Part shown: positions 1-12,449 of the stretch, piece by piece
Numbering within the stretch: position 1 is the stretch's first letter
Layout of the letters: each line of letters starts with the position of its first letter
DNA from: Macrostomum lignano
Taxonomy: Eukaryota
NCBI GenBank assembly: GCA_002269645.1
Contig: NIVC01001034.1
Coordinates: forward strand, 1-64,000
Length of the DNA stretch: 64,000 bases
Reading direction: 5' to 3'
Position numbers and translations under genes: made by a program
Notes under the pieces: model-generated
The model's input: the letters and a program-made list of their open reading frames with translations, nothing else
What the model was told of the DNA's origin: nothing
Database searches by the model: none

Positions 1-73
1 GCCATAAACAATAATGGACACAATATAAACCATCGTCCCACCTTTGAAGACGACAGCGTCTTCATTCACTAGT
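1..73 (+). mobile_element. 3' terminus of an upstream copy of the Helentron/Helitron2-like element (rest lies outside the window)
   Basis: Sub-terminal IR CCATCGTCCCAC at 30-41, hairpin TGAAGACG-acag-CGTCTTCA at 45-64, CTAG at 69-72. Same sequence as 6163-6235 and 10786-10858. Confidence 0.8.
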
Positions 74-318
74 TGTGGGACGATGGAGCCAGTAAGTAGT
101 ATAGAAAAAAGGCGAGCGAAGCGAGAATTTTTTTCTATACTGCTTACTTTTGCGAAATCGTCCTGATAAGATGTGGGTTGCATACACTAAAAATGACGTT
201 TTTCAACTTTTAAACGCTGCCAATAAAAAACGGTACGACCAATTTACAAACGGTTTTTGCCAAAATGTGTCAAAGACTAGCGCTATCGAGCACGCAATAG
301 TTGGTTGCCATGCACGCG

Positions 319-344
319 TTTTTGGTTGCCATGGCAACCAAAAA
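319..344. promoter_or_regulatory. Perfect 26-bp palindrome containing a perfect RFX X-box (GTTGCCATGGCAAC, 325-338) inside the rolling-circle element
   Basis: TTTTTGGTTGCCATGGCAACCAAAAA read directly. Copy 2 has one perfect site (6494-6507) and one near-perfect site (6472-6485). Confidence 0.5.
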
Positions 345-2145
345 CTGCGTTTTTTCGACTTTTCAAAAACTTTGATCTCAAAAAATAAGGGCGAGAATAT
401 GGCAGCGCTTAGCGAGTGGGCTCAGTAAACGCGGGCATTTAAACGCTACAATGATCAGAAATGGATTTTTTTATTGTACTTTAACGTCTAGGCTAAAAGT
501 ACAAAAAACGTGTTTTTGAGGTCGAAAAATTGGCATTTTTTCCAACTTTGCCTCACCGCAGCGAAAAGGACGCGCGATAGCGCGGCCTTTGAGCTGCCTC
601 ATAGCGTCAATAACACCTGGGGCTGTTTGATGCGCTATAGTTTTTAGGGCTAAAATGTACTTTTCACATGGCTGCCTATCTGCTGTTTAAAAGTACAAAT
701 TTTTAGTGCACTTTTGTGAGGCCTATGGCGTCGAGATGGAAAACTTTATTTTTGCTGTTTTGCATACCAAATAACTCAAATAGATGTCTTTTAATCGGAA
801 ACATCGAGATTTGGCCGATTGGGCCATCAATAACCTGCCCAGGTGCCAAAGAGTGCCTAAAAACGACATTTTCGAAAAATTGGGTCACGTTTTAAAAAAG
901 TAGTCCTCAAAAAAAAGTGTTTTATGCTACAGTGTTGAGACTTTAACACGACGTGTCAAACATATGGAAATTTGTTTTCCTAAATTTTCTAAGCATTTGG
1001 ACCTACCTGTGCTGAGCAGTGACCCGAAACCAGGGAAAAAAGAGGCCGGGGGGCACTGCAGAAAATCAGACGTTGTTAAGGAAATTTTTTAAAATGGGGC
1101 AAAGTTTTTCGAGTATGGCGTCAAATTGTAGCCATCGGATGCCCTTTTGAATGACATAAACACTCCTGAAAAAACCTGTTAACAGGTACTTTTTACCTGT
1201 TAAGTGAAAAACGGCCCATTTTGGGGTACAAACTTTGAAGTGAAAAATAAGAAATTTTGCGCACCGATTTTTCTGCATTTTCAATATTGTTTAGTCGAAT
1301 AGATGAAGTTACACCGGTCATACGCCAATATGGCTGGAAAATTCGTATTTTTGAGAAAATTGGCTCCGAATTTTGAGAAGGCTATTTTTGGGCAAATTTT
1401 GAGCATACTTTTGCTAATAACTCTGCATTGGCAAGGCCTAGAGACTCAATTTTGGTGTCTAAAAACAGCACTATGGATGCACTGTGCAACTAAATTAGTT
1501 TTGAAAACTGATTCTTAAGTTAATAGGTCTTAATACCTGTTTGAATACCTGTCAGAACAGGTGAAAATGCACAATTTGGCGCCTAGGAGGCGTAAAATTT
1601 GTTGACATACTTTAAAAATGCATTAGATGAATGCGCCTTGATGTTATCTCTGTAACGACATGCGACTCGCATTTTTAGATGAAGGCGCTGCGATGCAGCG
1701 AGCAGAAATGTATGAAAAAGCAGCAAAAATCGTAAAAGTGGCTACCATAGGGAATATTCGATATAAACGGCGTGCACTGTAGAGCTTCGCTTAAGTAAGA
1801 GATGGATCGGGGCCGAAGGCAGTTGCTTTGTAAATGGCCTAAACACGGGTTCGAATCCCAAGTGGGCCAAGTTTTTTTTATATTTAATTTTTTAGCAGGA
1901 ACGGATTTATTAGTATTTTCAATTCTCTTTCACTTGAATATAATTTAATATTGATTGTTTAATTTTCCTTTCCTTCTATACCTTATTAAAGAGTAAGAGT
2001 GAAGCTGAAAGTGCGGCACAGATGATTTGTTAGTGCAGAAAGAATATTACGATACATATCGGCAAGTATCATGTGTTGCGCGGTCGCCAAAGGCTTACAA
2101 GCAGTTTTAGCATGCTAAAAAGATGTGTTAGAGGTGGAAAAGTTG

Positions 2146-2450
2146 CGGAGGGGTGGGGTGGGGGAGCGGGGGTGTGGGGGCGGCAGCCCCCACGTTACGC
2201 AAACCCCACAACAACAACCACCCTCTCCCAACAACAATGTGCGGGAGGGGTGGGGAGCGGGGGTGTGGGGGGCGGCAGCCCCCACGTTACGCAAACCCAC
2301 AACAACAACCACCCTCCCCAACAACAACGCGCGGGAGGGGTGGGGGAGCGGGGGTGTGGGGGCGGCAGCCCACGTTACGCAAACCCCACAACAACAACCA
2401 CCCTCCCCAACAACAACGCGCGGGAGGGGTGGGGGAGCGGGGGTGTGGGG
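2146..2450. repeat. ~90-bp GC-rich tandem repeat (~3.5 copies) inside element copy 1; equivalent at ~8327-8630
   Basis: Unit gcgggaggggtgggggagcgggggtgtgggggcggcagcccccacgttacgcaaacccc(acaacaacaacc)... restarts at ~2146, 2241, 2331 and 2419. Confidence 0.9.
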
Positions 2451-5400
2451 GCGGCCAGCCCTCCACTATACCACTAGACAAACTAATGCCAGGGGCGTGG
2501 GGGCGGCCAACTCCCCACTATACCACTAGAGAAACTAATGCCAGGGGTGTGGGGGGCGGCCAGCCCCCACTATACCACTAGACTAACTAATGCCAGTGGC
2601 GTGGGGGGCGGCCAGCCCCCCACTATACCACTAGACTAACTAATGCCAGGGGCGTGGGGGGCGGCCAGCCCCCCACTATACCACTAGAGAAACTAATGCC
2701 AGGGGCGTGGGGGGCGGCCAGCCCCCCACTATACCACTAGACTAATAATGCCAGGGGCGTGGGGGGCGGCCAGCCCCCTACTATACCACTAGACTAACTA
2801 ATGCCAGGGGCGTGGGGGGCGGCCAGCCCCCACTATACCACTAGACTAACTAATGCCAGGGGCGTGGGGGGCGGCCAGCCCCCACTATACCACTAGACTA
2901 ACTAATGCCAGGGGCGTGGGGGTGGCCAGCCCCCACTATACCACTAGACTAACTAATGCCAGGGGCGTGGGGGCGGCAGCCCCCACTATACCACTAGACT
3001 AACTAATGCCAGGGGCGTGGGGGGGCGGCCAGCCCCCACTATACCACTAGACTAACTAATGCCAGGGGCGTGGGGGGCGGCCAGCCCCCACTATACCACT
3101 AGACTAACTAATGCCAGGGGCGTGGGGGCGGCCAGCCCCCCTACTATACCACTAGACTAACTAATGCCAGGTGTGTGGGGGCGGCCAGCCCCCACTATAC
3201 CACTATACCACTAGACTAACTAATGCCAGGGGCGTGGGGGGCGGCCAGCCCCCACTATACCACTTAGACTAACTAATGCCAGGGGCGTGGGGGCGGCGAG
3301 CCCCCACTATACCACTAGACTAATAAATGCCAGGGGCGTGGGGGGCGGCCAGCCCCCACTATACCACTAGACTAACTAATGCCAGGGGCGTGGGGGGTGG
3401 CCAGCCCCCACTATACCACTAGACTAACTAATGCCAGGGGCGTGGGGGGCGGCCAGCCCCCCACTATACCACTTAGACTAACTAATGCCAGGGGCGTGGG
3501 GGCGGCCAGCCCCCCACTATACCACTAGACTAACTAATGCCAGGGGCGTGGGGGCGGCCAGCCCCCCACTATACCACTAGACTAACTAATGCCAGGGGCG
3601 TGGGGGGCGGCCAGCCCCCACTATACCACTAGACTAACTAATGCCAGGGGCGTGGGGGCGGCCAGCCCCCCACTATACCACTAGACTAACTAATGCCAGG
3701 GGCGTGGGGGGCGGCCAGCCCCCCACTATACCACTAGACTAACTAATGCCAGGGGCGTGGGGGCGGCCAGCCCCCACTATACCACTAGACTAACTAATGC
3801 CAGGGGCGTGGGGGTGGCCAGCCCCCCACTATACCACTAGACTAACTAATGCCAGGGGCGTGGGGGGGGCCAGCCCCCCACTATACCACTAGACTAACTA
3901 ATGCCAGGGGCGTGGGGGGCGGCCAGCCCCCCACTATACCACTAGACTAACTAATGCCAGGGGCGTGGGGGCGGCCAGCCCCCACTATACCACTAGACTA
4001 ACTAATGCCAGGGGCGTGGGGGCGGCCAGCCCCCACTATACCACTAGACTAACTAATGCCAGGGGCGTGGGGGCGGCCAGCCCCCCACTATACCACTAGA
4101 CTAACTAATGCCAGGGGCGTGGGGGGCGGCCAGCCCCCACTATACCACTATACCACTAGACTAACTAATGCCAGGGGCGTGGGGGCGGCCAGCCCCCACT
4201 ATACCACTAGACTAACTAATGCCAGGGGCGTGGGGGGCGGCCAGCCCCCCACTATACCACTAGACTAACTAATGCCAGGGGCGTGGGGGGCGGCCAGCCC
4301 CCACTATACCACTAGACTAACTAATGCCAGGGGCGTGGGGGGCGGCCAGCCCCCCACTATACCACTAGACTAACTAATGCCAGGGGCGTGGGGGGCGGCC
4401 AGCCCCCACTATACCACTAGACTAACTAATGCCAGGGGCGTGGGGGGGGCCAGCCCCCACTATACCACTAGACTAACTAATGCCAGGGGCGTGGGGGGCG
4501 GCAAGCCCCCACTATACCACTAGACTAACTAATGCCAGGGGCGTGGGGGCGGCCAGCCCCCCACTATACCACTAGACTAACTAATGCCAGGGGCGTGGGG
4601 GGCGGCCAGCCCCCCACTATACCACTAGACTAACTAATGCCAGGGGCGTGGGGGGCGGCCAGCCCCCTACTATACCACTAGACTAACTAATGCCAGGGGT
4701 GGGGGCGGCCAGCCCCCTATACCACTATACCACTAGACTAACTAATGCCAGGGGCGTGGGGGGCGGCCAGCCCCCACTATACCACTTAGACTAACTAATG
4801 CCAGGGGCGTGGGGGGGCCAGCCCCCACTATACCACTAGACTAATAATGCCAGGGGCGTGGGGGGCGGCCAGCCCCCACTATACCACTAGACTAACTAAT
4901 GCCAGGGGCGTGGGGGGCGGCCAGCCCCCACTATACCACTAGACTAACTAATGCCAGGGGCGTGGGGGGCGGCCAGCCCCCCACTATACCACTTAGACTA
5001 ACTAATGCCAGGGGCGTGGGGGGCGGCCAGCCCCCCACTATACCACTAGACTAACTAATGCCAGGGGCGTGGGGGCGGCCAGCCCCCACTATACCACTAG
5101 ACTAACTAATGCCAGGGGCGTGGGGGCGGCCAGCCCCCACTATACCACTAGACTAACTAATGCCAGGGGCGTGGGGGCGGCCAGCCCCCCACTATACCAC
5201 TAGACTAACTAATGCCAGGGGCGTGGGGGCGGCCAGCCCCCCACTATACCACTAGACTAACTAATGCCAGGGGCGTGGGGGGCGGCCAGCCCCCACTATA
5301 CCACTAGACTAACTAATGCCAGGGGCGTGGGGGTGGCCAGCCCCCACTATACCACTAGACTAACTAATGCCAGGGGCGTGGGGGGTGGCCAGCCCCCACT

Positions 5401-6122
5401 ATACCACTAGACTAACTAATGCCAGGGGCGTGGGGGGCGGCCAGCCCCCACTATACCACTAGACTAACTAATGCCAGGGGCGTGGGGGGCGGCCAGCCCC
5501 CACTATACCACTAGACTAACTAATGCCAGGGGCGTGGGGGCGGCTAGCCCCCACTATACCACTATACCACTAGACTAACTAATGCCAGGGGCGTGGGGGC
5601 GGCCAGCCCCCACTATACCACTAGACTAACTAATGCCAGGGGCGTGGGGGCGGCCAGCCCCCACTATACCACTAGACTAACTAATGCCAGGGGCGTGGGG
5701 GCGGCCAGCCCCCACTATACCACTAGACTAACTAATGCCAGGGGCGTGGGGGCGGCCAGCCACCCACTATACCACTAGACTAACTAATGCCAGGGGCGTG
5801 GGGGGTGGCCAGCCCCCACTATACCACTTAGACTAACTAATGCCAGGGGCGTGGGGGGCGGCGAGCCCCCACTATACCACTAGACTAATAAATGCCAGGG
5901 GCGTGGGGGCGGCCAGCCCCCCACTATACCACTAGACTAACAAATGCCAGGGGCGTGGGGGGCGGCCAGCCCCCCACTATACCACTAGACTAACTAATGC
6001 CAGGGGCGTGGGGGGCGGCCAGCCCCCCACTATACCACTAGACTAACTAATGCCAGGGGCGTGGGGGGCGGCCAGTCCCCCACTATACCACTAGACTAAC
6101 TAATGCCAGGAGCGTGGGGGGC
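2451..6122. repeat. ~51-53-bp G-rich satellite array (~70 copies) inside element copy 1
   Basis: Unit atgccaggggcgtggggg(g)cggccagccccc(c)actataccactagactaacta. Confidence 0.97.
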
Positions 6123-6235
6123 TTTTTAGCTCTCAATTTAGGTTAAATAAATAGATGTCATAGCCATAAACAATAATGGACACAATATAAACCATCGTCC
6201 CACCTTTGAAGACGACAGCGTCTTCATTCACTAGT

Positions 6236-9200
6236 TGTGGGACGATGAGCCAGTAAGTAGTATAGAAAAAAAGGCGAGCGAAGCGAGAATTTTTTTCTAT
6301 GGTGCTTACTTTTGCGAAATCGTCCCTGATAAGATGTAACGTGGTTGCACACACTAAAAATGACGTTTTTCAACTTTTAAACGCTGCCAATAAAAAACGG
6401 TACGACCAATTTACAAACGGTTTTTGCCAAAATGTGTCAAAGACCTAGCGCTATCGGATGCACAATAGTTGGTTGCCATGGCAATGCGTTTTGGTTGCCA
6501 TGGCAACCAAAAACTGCGTTTTTTCGACTTTGTCAAAAACTTTGATCTCAAAAAATAAGGATTGAGAATATGGCAGCGCTTAGCGGGCTGGCTCAGTAAA
6601 CGCGGGCATTCGAACGCTACAATGATCAGAAATGGATTTTTTTATTGTACTTTAACGTCTAGGCTAAAAGTACAAAAAACGTGTTTTTTGAGGTTGAAAA
6701 ATTGGCATTTTTTCCAACTTTGCCTCACCGCAGCGAAAAGGACGCGCGATAGCGCGGCCTTTGAGCTGCCTCATAGCGTCAATAACACCTGGGGCTGTTT
6801 GATGCGCTATAGTTTTTAGGGCTAAAATGTACTTTTCACATGGCTGCCTATCTGCACTTTAAAAGTACAAATTTTTAGTGCACTTTTGTGAGGCCTATCT
6901 CGTCGAGATTAAAAACTTTATTTTTTAATATTTCTACACCAAATTACTCAAATAGATGTCTTCTATTCGGAAACATCGAGATTTGGCTTATTGGGCCATC
7001 AATAACCTGCCCAGGTGCCAAAGAGTGCCTAAAAACGACATTTTCAAAAAATTGGGTCACGTTTTAAAAAAGTAGTCCTCAAACTTGAAAAAGTGTTTTA
7101 TGCTACAGTGGTGAGACTTTAACACGATGTGTCAAACATATGGAAATTTGTTTTCCTATATTTTCTAAGCATTTGGACCTACCTGTGCTGAGCAGTGACC
7201 CGAAAACCAGGGAAAAAAGAGGCCGGGGGGCACTGCAGAAAATCAGACGTTGTTAAGGAAATTTTTTTAAAATGGGGCAAAGTTTTTCGAGTATGGCGTC
7301 AAATTGTAGCCCATCGGATGCCCTTTTGAATGACATAAGACACTCCTGAAAAAAACCCTGTTAACAGGTACTTTTTACCTGTTAAGTGAAAAACGGCCCA
7401 TTTTGGGGTACAAACTTTGAAGTGGAAAAATAAGAAATTTTGCGCACCGATTTTTCTGCATTTTCAATATTGTTTAGTCGAATAGATGAAGTTACACCGG
7501 TCATACGCCAATATGGCTGGAAAATTCGTATTTTTGAGAAAATTGGCTCCGAATTTTGAGAAGGCTATTTTTGGGCAAATTTTGAGCATACTTTTGCTAA
7601 TAACTCTGCATTGGCAAGGCCTAGAGACTCAATTTTGGTGTCTAAAAACAGCACTATGGATGCACTGTGCAACTAAATTAGTTTTGAAAACTGATTCTTA
7701 AGTTAATAGGTCTTAATACCTGTTTGAATACCTGTCAGAACAGGTGAAAATGCACAATTTGGCGCCTAGGAGGCGTAAAATTTGTTGACATACTTTAAAA
7801 ATGCATTAGATGAATGCGCCTTGATGTTATCTCTGTAACGACATGCGACTCGCATTTTTAGATGAAGGCGCTGCGATGCAGCGAGCAGAAATGTATGAAA
7901 AAGCAGCAAAAATCGTAAAAGTGGCTACCATAGGGAATATTCGATATAAACGGCGTGCACTGTAGAGCTTCGCTTAAGTAAGAGATGGATCGGGGCCGAA
8001 GGCAGTTGCTTTGTAAATGGCCTAAACACGGGTTCGAATCCCAAGTGGGCCAAGTTTTTTTTATATTTAATTTTTTAGCAGGAACGGATTTATTAGTATT
8101 TTCAATTCTCTTTCACTTGAATATAATTTAATATTGATTGTTTAATTTTCCTTTCCTTCTATACCTTATTAAAGAGTAAGAGTGAAGCTGAAAGTGCGGC
8201 ACAGATGATTTGTTAGTGCAGAAAGAATATTACGATACATATCGGCAAGTATCATGTGTTGCGCGGTCGCAAAGGCTTACAAGCAGTTTTAGCATGCTAA
8301 AAAGATGTGTTAGAGGTGGGAAAAGTTGCGGAGGGGTGGGGTGGGAGCGGGGGTGTGGGGGCGGCAGCCCCCACGTTACGCAAACCCCACAACAACAACC
8401 ACCCTCCCCAACAACAATGTGCGGGAGGGGTGGGGGAGCGGGGGTGTGGGGGCGGCAGCCCCCACGTTACGCAAACCCCACAACAACAACCACCCTCCCC
8501 AACAACAACGCGCGGGAGGGGTGGGGAGCGGGGGTGTGGGGGCGGCAGCCCCCACGTTACGCAAACCCCACAACAACAACCACCCTCCCCAACAACAACG
8601 CACGGGAGGGGTGGGGGAGCGGGGGTGTGGGGGCGGCCAGCCCTCCACTATACCACTAGACAAACTAATGCCAGGGGCGTGGGGGCGGCCAACTCCCCAC
8701 TATACCACTAGAGAAACTAATGCCAGGGGTGTGGGGGGCGGCCAGCCCCCACTATACCACTAGACTAACTAATGCCAGTGGCGTGGGGGGCGGCCAGCCC
8801 CCACTATACCACTAGACTAACTAATGCCAGGGCGTGGGGGCGGCCAGCCCCCACTATACCACTAGAGAAACTAATGCCAGGGTCGTGGGGGGCGGCCAGC
8901 CCCCACTATACCACTAGACTAATAAATGCCAGGGGCGTGGGGGCGGCCAGCCCCCTACTATACCACTAGACTAACTAATGCCAGGGGCGTGGGGGGCGGC
9001 CAGCCCCCCACTATACCACTAGACTAACTAATGCCAGGGGCGTGGGGGCGGCCAGCCCCCACTATACCACTAGACTAACTAATGCCAGGGGCGTGGGGGT
9101 GGCCAGCCCCCCACTATACCACTAGACTAACTAATGCCAGGGGCGTGGGGGGCGGCAAGCCCCCCACTATACCACTTAGACTAACTAATGCCAGGGGCGT

Positions 9201-10858
9201 GGGGGCGGCCAGCCCCCCACTATACCACTAGACTAACTAATGCCAGGGGCGTGGGGGGCGGCCAGCCACCCACTATACCACTAGACTAACTAATGCCAGG
9301 GGCGTGGGGGGCGGCCAGCCCCCTACTATACCACTAGACTAACTAATGCCAGGTGTGTGGGGGCGGCCAGCCCCCACTATACCACTATACCACTAGACTA
9401 ACTAATGCCAGGGGCGTGGGGGCGGCCAGCCCCCCACTATACCACTTAGACTAACTAATGCCAGGGGCGTGGGGGGCGGCGAGCCCCCACTATACCACTA
9501 GACTAATAAATGCCAGGGGCGTGGGGGCGGCCAGCCCCCACTATACCACTAGACTAACTAATGCCAGGGGCGTGGGGGGTGGCCAGCCCCCACTATACCA
9601 CTAGACTAACTAATGCCAGGGGCGTGGGGGGCGGCCAGCCCCCCACTATACCACTTAGACTAACTAATGCCAGGGGCGTGGGGGGCGGCCAGCCCCCCAC
9701 TATACCACTAGACTAACTAATGCCAGGGGCGTGGGGGGCGGCCAGCCCCCACTATACCACTAGACTAACTAATGCCAGGGGCGTGGGGGGCGGCCAGCCC
9801 CCCACTATACCACTTAGACTAACTAATGCCAGGGGCGTGGGGGGCGGCCAGCCCCCCACTATACCACTAGACTAACTAATGCCAGGGGCGTGGGGGGCGG
9901 CCAGCCCCCACTATACCACTAGACTAACTAATGCCAGGGGCGTGGGGGCGGCCAGCCCCCACTATACCACTAGACTAACTAATGCCAGGGGCGTGGGGGG
10001 TGGCCAGCCCCCACTATACCACTAGACTAACTAATGCCAGGGGCGTGGGGGCGGCCAGCCCCCCACTATACCACTAGACTAACTAATGCCAGGGGCGTGG
10101 GGGGCGGCCAGCCCCCCACTATACCACTAGACTAACTAATGCCAGGGGCGTGGGGGCGGCTAGCCCCCCACTATACCACTATACCACTAGACTAACTAAT
10201 GCCAGGGGCGTGGGGGGCGGCCAGCCCCCCACTATACCACTAGACTAACTAATGCCAGGGGCGTGGGGGGCGGCCAGCCCCCCACTATACCACTAGACTA
10301 ACTAATGCCAGGGGCGTGGGGGGCGGCCAGCCCCCCACTATACCACTAGACTAACTAATGCCAGGGGCGTGGGGGGCGGCCAGCCACCCACTATACCACT
10401 AGACTAACTAATGCCAGGGGCGTGGGGGGTGGCCAGCCCCCCACTATACCACTTAGACTAACTAATGCCAGGGGCGTGGGGGGCGGCGAGCCCCCCACTA
10501 TACCACTAGACTAATAAATGCCAGGGGCGTGGGGGCGGCCAGCCCCCCACTATACCACTAGACTAACAAATGCCAGGGGCGTGGGGGGCGGCCAGCCCCC
10601 ACTATACCACTAGACTAACTAATGCCAGGGGCGTGGGGGCGGCCAGCCCCCACTATACCACTAGACTAACTAATGCCAGGGGCGTGGGGGGCGGCCAGTC
10701 CCCCACTATACCACTAGACTAACTAATGCCAGGAGCGTGGGGGGCTTTTTAGCTCTCAATTTAGGTTAAATAAATAGATGTCATAGCCATAAACAATAAT
10801 GGACACAATATAAACCATCGTCCCACCTTTGAAGACGACAGCGTCTTCATTCACTAGT
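6236..10858 (+). mobile_element. Non-autonomous rolling-circle element, tandem copy 2, ~4.62 kb
   Basis: Near-identical to 74-6235 (ORF 1303-1518 equals ORF 7486-7701) but with a shorter satellite. It ends hairpin + CTAG (10854-10857) followed by TTT, and unique sequence begins at ~10859. Confidence 0.75.
8631..10745. repeat. ~51-53-bp satellite array (~40 copies) inside element copy 2
   Basis: Same unit, and the same order of variant units at the start and end of the array as in copy 1. Confidence 0.97.
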
Positions 10859-11761
10859 TTTGCATATTGGTGTATTGTAAGTCTCTGCTCTTGCATCCGA
10901 TATCTAAGAGTACATTCGTAGCTCTGGTTTAGTTATCTGCATGCTTTGCATACATCTATCAGATGGATCAATAAATAATCATTTTATTTAAAGCTGAAGT
11001 GTAACTGTAGACAAAGTTAATAACATCTAACAGCACGAATACAGTGTGACGTTGTCAATTTAATTAGCCCCGTCAAGGACCATTTTACGAGTAACATACG
11101 GTATCAATCTGTAATATTGTCAATTTAATGGTCCCCTACTCTCACGTCTGCTTAAAGTAGTGGCCAAAGAATTTTAAATAACTTGCGTACGTTTGTAAAG
11201 CCTAAGTACAGTAGGCGATCGATAATTTCTGTTTTTCTCGCCGGCTAATAGAAAAGCCGCGCATAAATTATGTTAGCCTGAAATTAAGTTCTCCGCGCGC
11301 ACCCACCCCCAGCCAGCTCCTTATCAGTCCTGTCTGGCTGGGGCGCTCGGGGTTGCCCTGTTTTCCTGCCTTCTCGCTTCCCTCTCTCTCTGGCCTCCTT
11401 GCTTGTTTATTCGTTAGCCAGCCTTAGTCTCCTTAGACTCTTGCCACCCCGGCACTCTGGCACTCAATAATTTATCTATCTTATTGTTGTGCAACCGCCA
11501 GTGCATTCCTTCCGCATTCAGCAATTACTCTGCCTTATCTCTGTTGGCCGCCCAGGCAGAACTGATAATAGCAAGCTTAACTATCCTTTTATATTGTTAC
11601 AATAAACAAGACTGCGGCCATTGCCCGCATCAGTTGTACTATCATCAAGTGCTAATTTACAGTATGAAAATTCTGCTGTCTGCTCTGCCCTACTCCCCTA
11701 TTTACCCTGCCAAAATATGCTGCGTACTTCCCTTATCCGCTATCTACTATGCATGTCCGCT

Positions 11762-12280
11762 ATCTATACTCTACCTACCCGCTATCTACTTTACCTACCC
11801 GCTATCTACTCTACTTACCCCGCTATCTACTCTACCTACCCGCTATATACTTTACCTACCCGCTATCTACTCTACCTACCCCGCTATCTACTCTACCTAC
11901 CCGCTATATACTTTACCTACCCGCTATCTACTCTACCTACCCCGCTATCTACTCTACCTACCCGCTATATACTTTACCTACCCGCTATCTACTCTACCTA
12001 CCCCGCTATCTACTCTACCTACTCGCTATATACTTTACCTACCCGCTATCTACTCTACCTACCCCGCTATCTACTCTACCTACTCGCTATATACTTTACC
12101 TACCCGCTATCTACTCTACCTACCCCGCTATCTACTCTACCTGTCACTCTATTACTCTACTATTACTCTAGTACTACTCTACCTATATACTGTACTCGCT
12201 ATTCTCTATCTACCCGCTATGTACTCTACCTACCCGTTATCTACTGTATCTAAACGCTATCTTCTCTACCACCTTATCAA
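11762..12280. repeat. 20/21-bp minisatellite (ctactctacctacccgctat) with ~61-bp higher-order period
   Basis: Direct inspection; it explains the YLLYLPA/STLPT ORFs. Confidence 0.9.
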
Positions 12281-12449
12281 TCCACCCTACCAAACAAATT
12301 ACTTGCATACTTCACTAGCCTATATCCTACCAATCAACAATCTACTGACTGCATATTAGCTAATCGCTAGTTAAAAATAATGAGAGTCATCTCATAGAAC
12401 GCACATGCACATGTACAATGTAGCCAGCAATGTTATTCTAACGATTTAT

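Larger units (their letters stand above)
74..6235 (+). mobile_element. Non-autonomous rolling-circle element (Helentron/Helitron2-type, HINE-like), tandem copy 1, ~6.16 kb
   Basis: The 5' sub-terminal IR GTGGGACGATGG (75-86) is the reverse complement of the 3' CCATCGTCCCAC. There is a 5' 20-bp stem-loop (91-110/129-148), a 3' 8-bp hairpin and CTAG at 6231-6234. The copy joins the next one head-to-tail with no TSD. No Rep/helicase ORF is seen. Confidence 0.75.

Noticed and set aside
1790-1880. tRNA gene call
   Set aside because: Only a B-box and T-run are present, with no A-box or cloverleaf. Kept only as a low-interest finding.
2451-6122. CRISPR-like appearance of the regular ~51-bp array (and other arrays)
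   Set aside because: Units are contiguous with no unique spacers, the context is eukaryotic, and no cas genes are present.
2073-8969. GC-rich ORFs in the Helentron repeats (GGGSP/PPQQQ/HYTTRLTN)
   Set aside because: They are translations of the 90-bp and 51-bp tandem repeats in multiple overlapping frames, with no domain similarity.
11484-12359. 291-aa YLLYLPA-rich ORF
   Set aside because: Arises from the 20/21-bp minisatellite and is open in all three frames.
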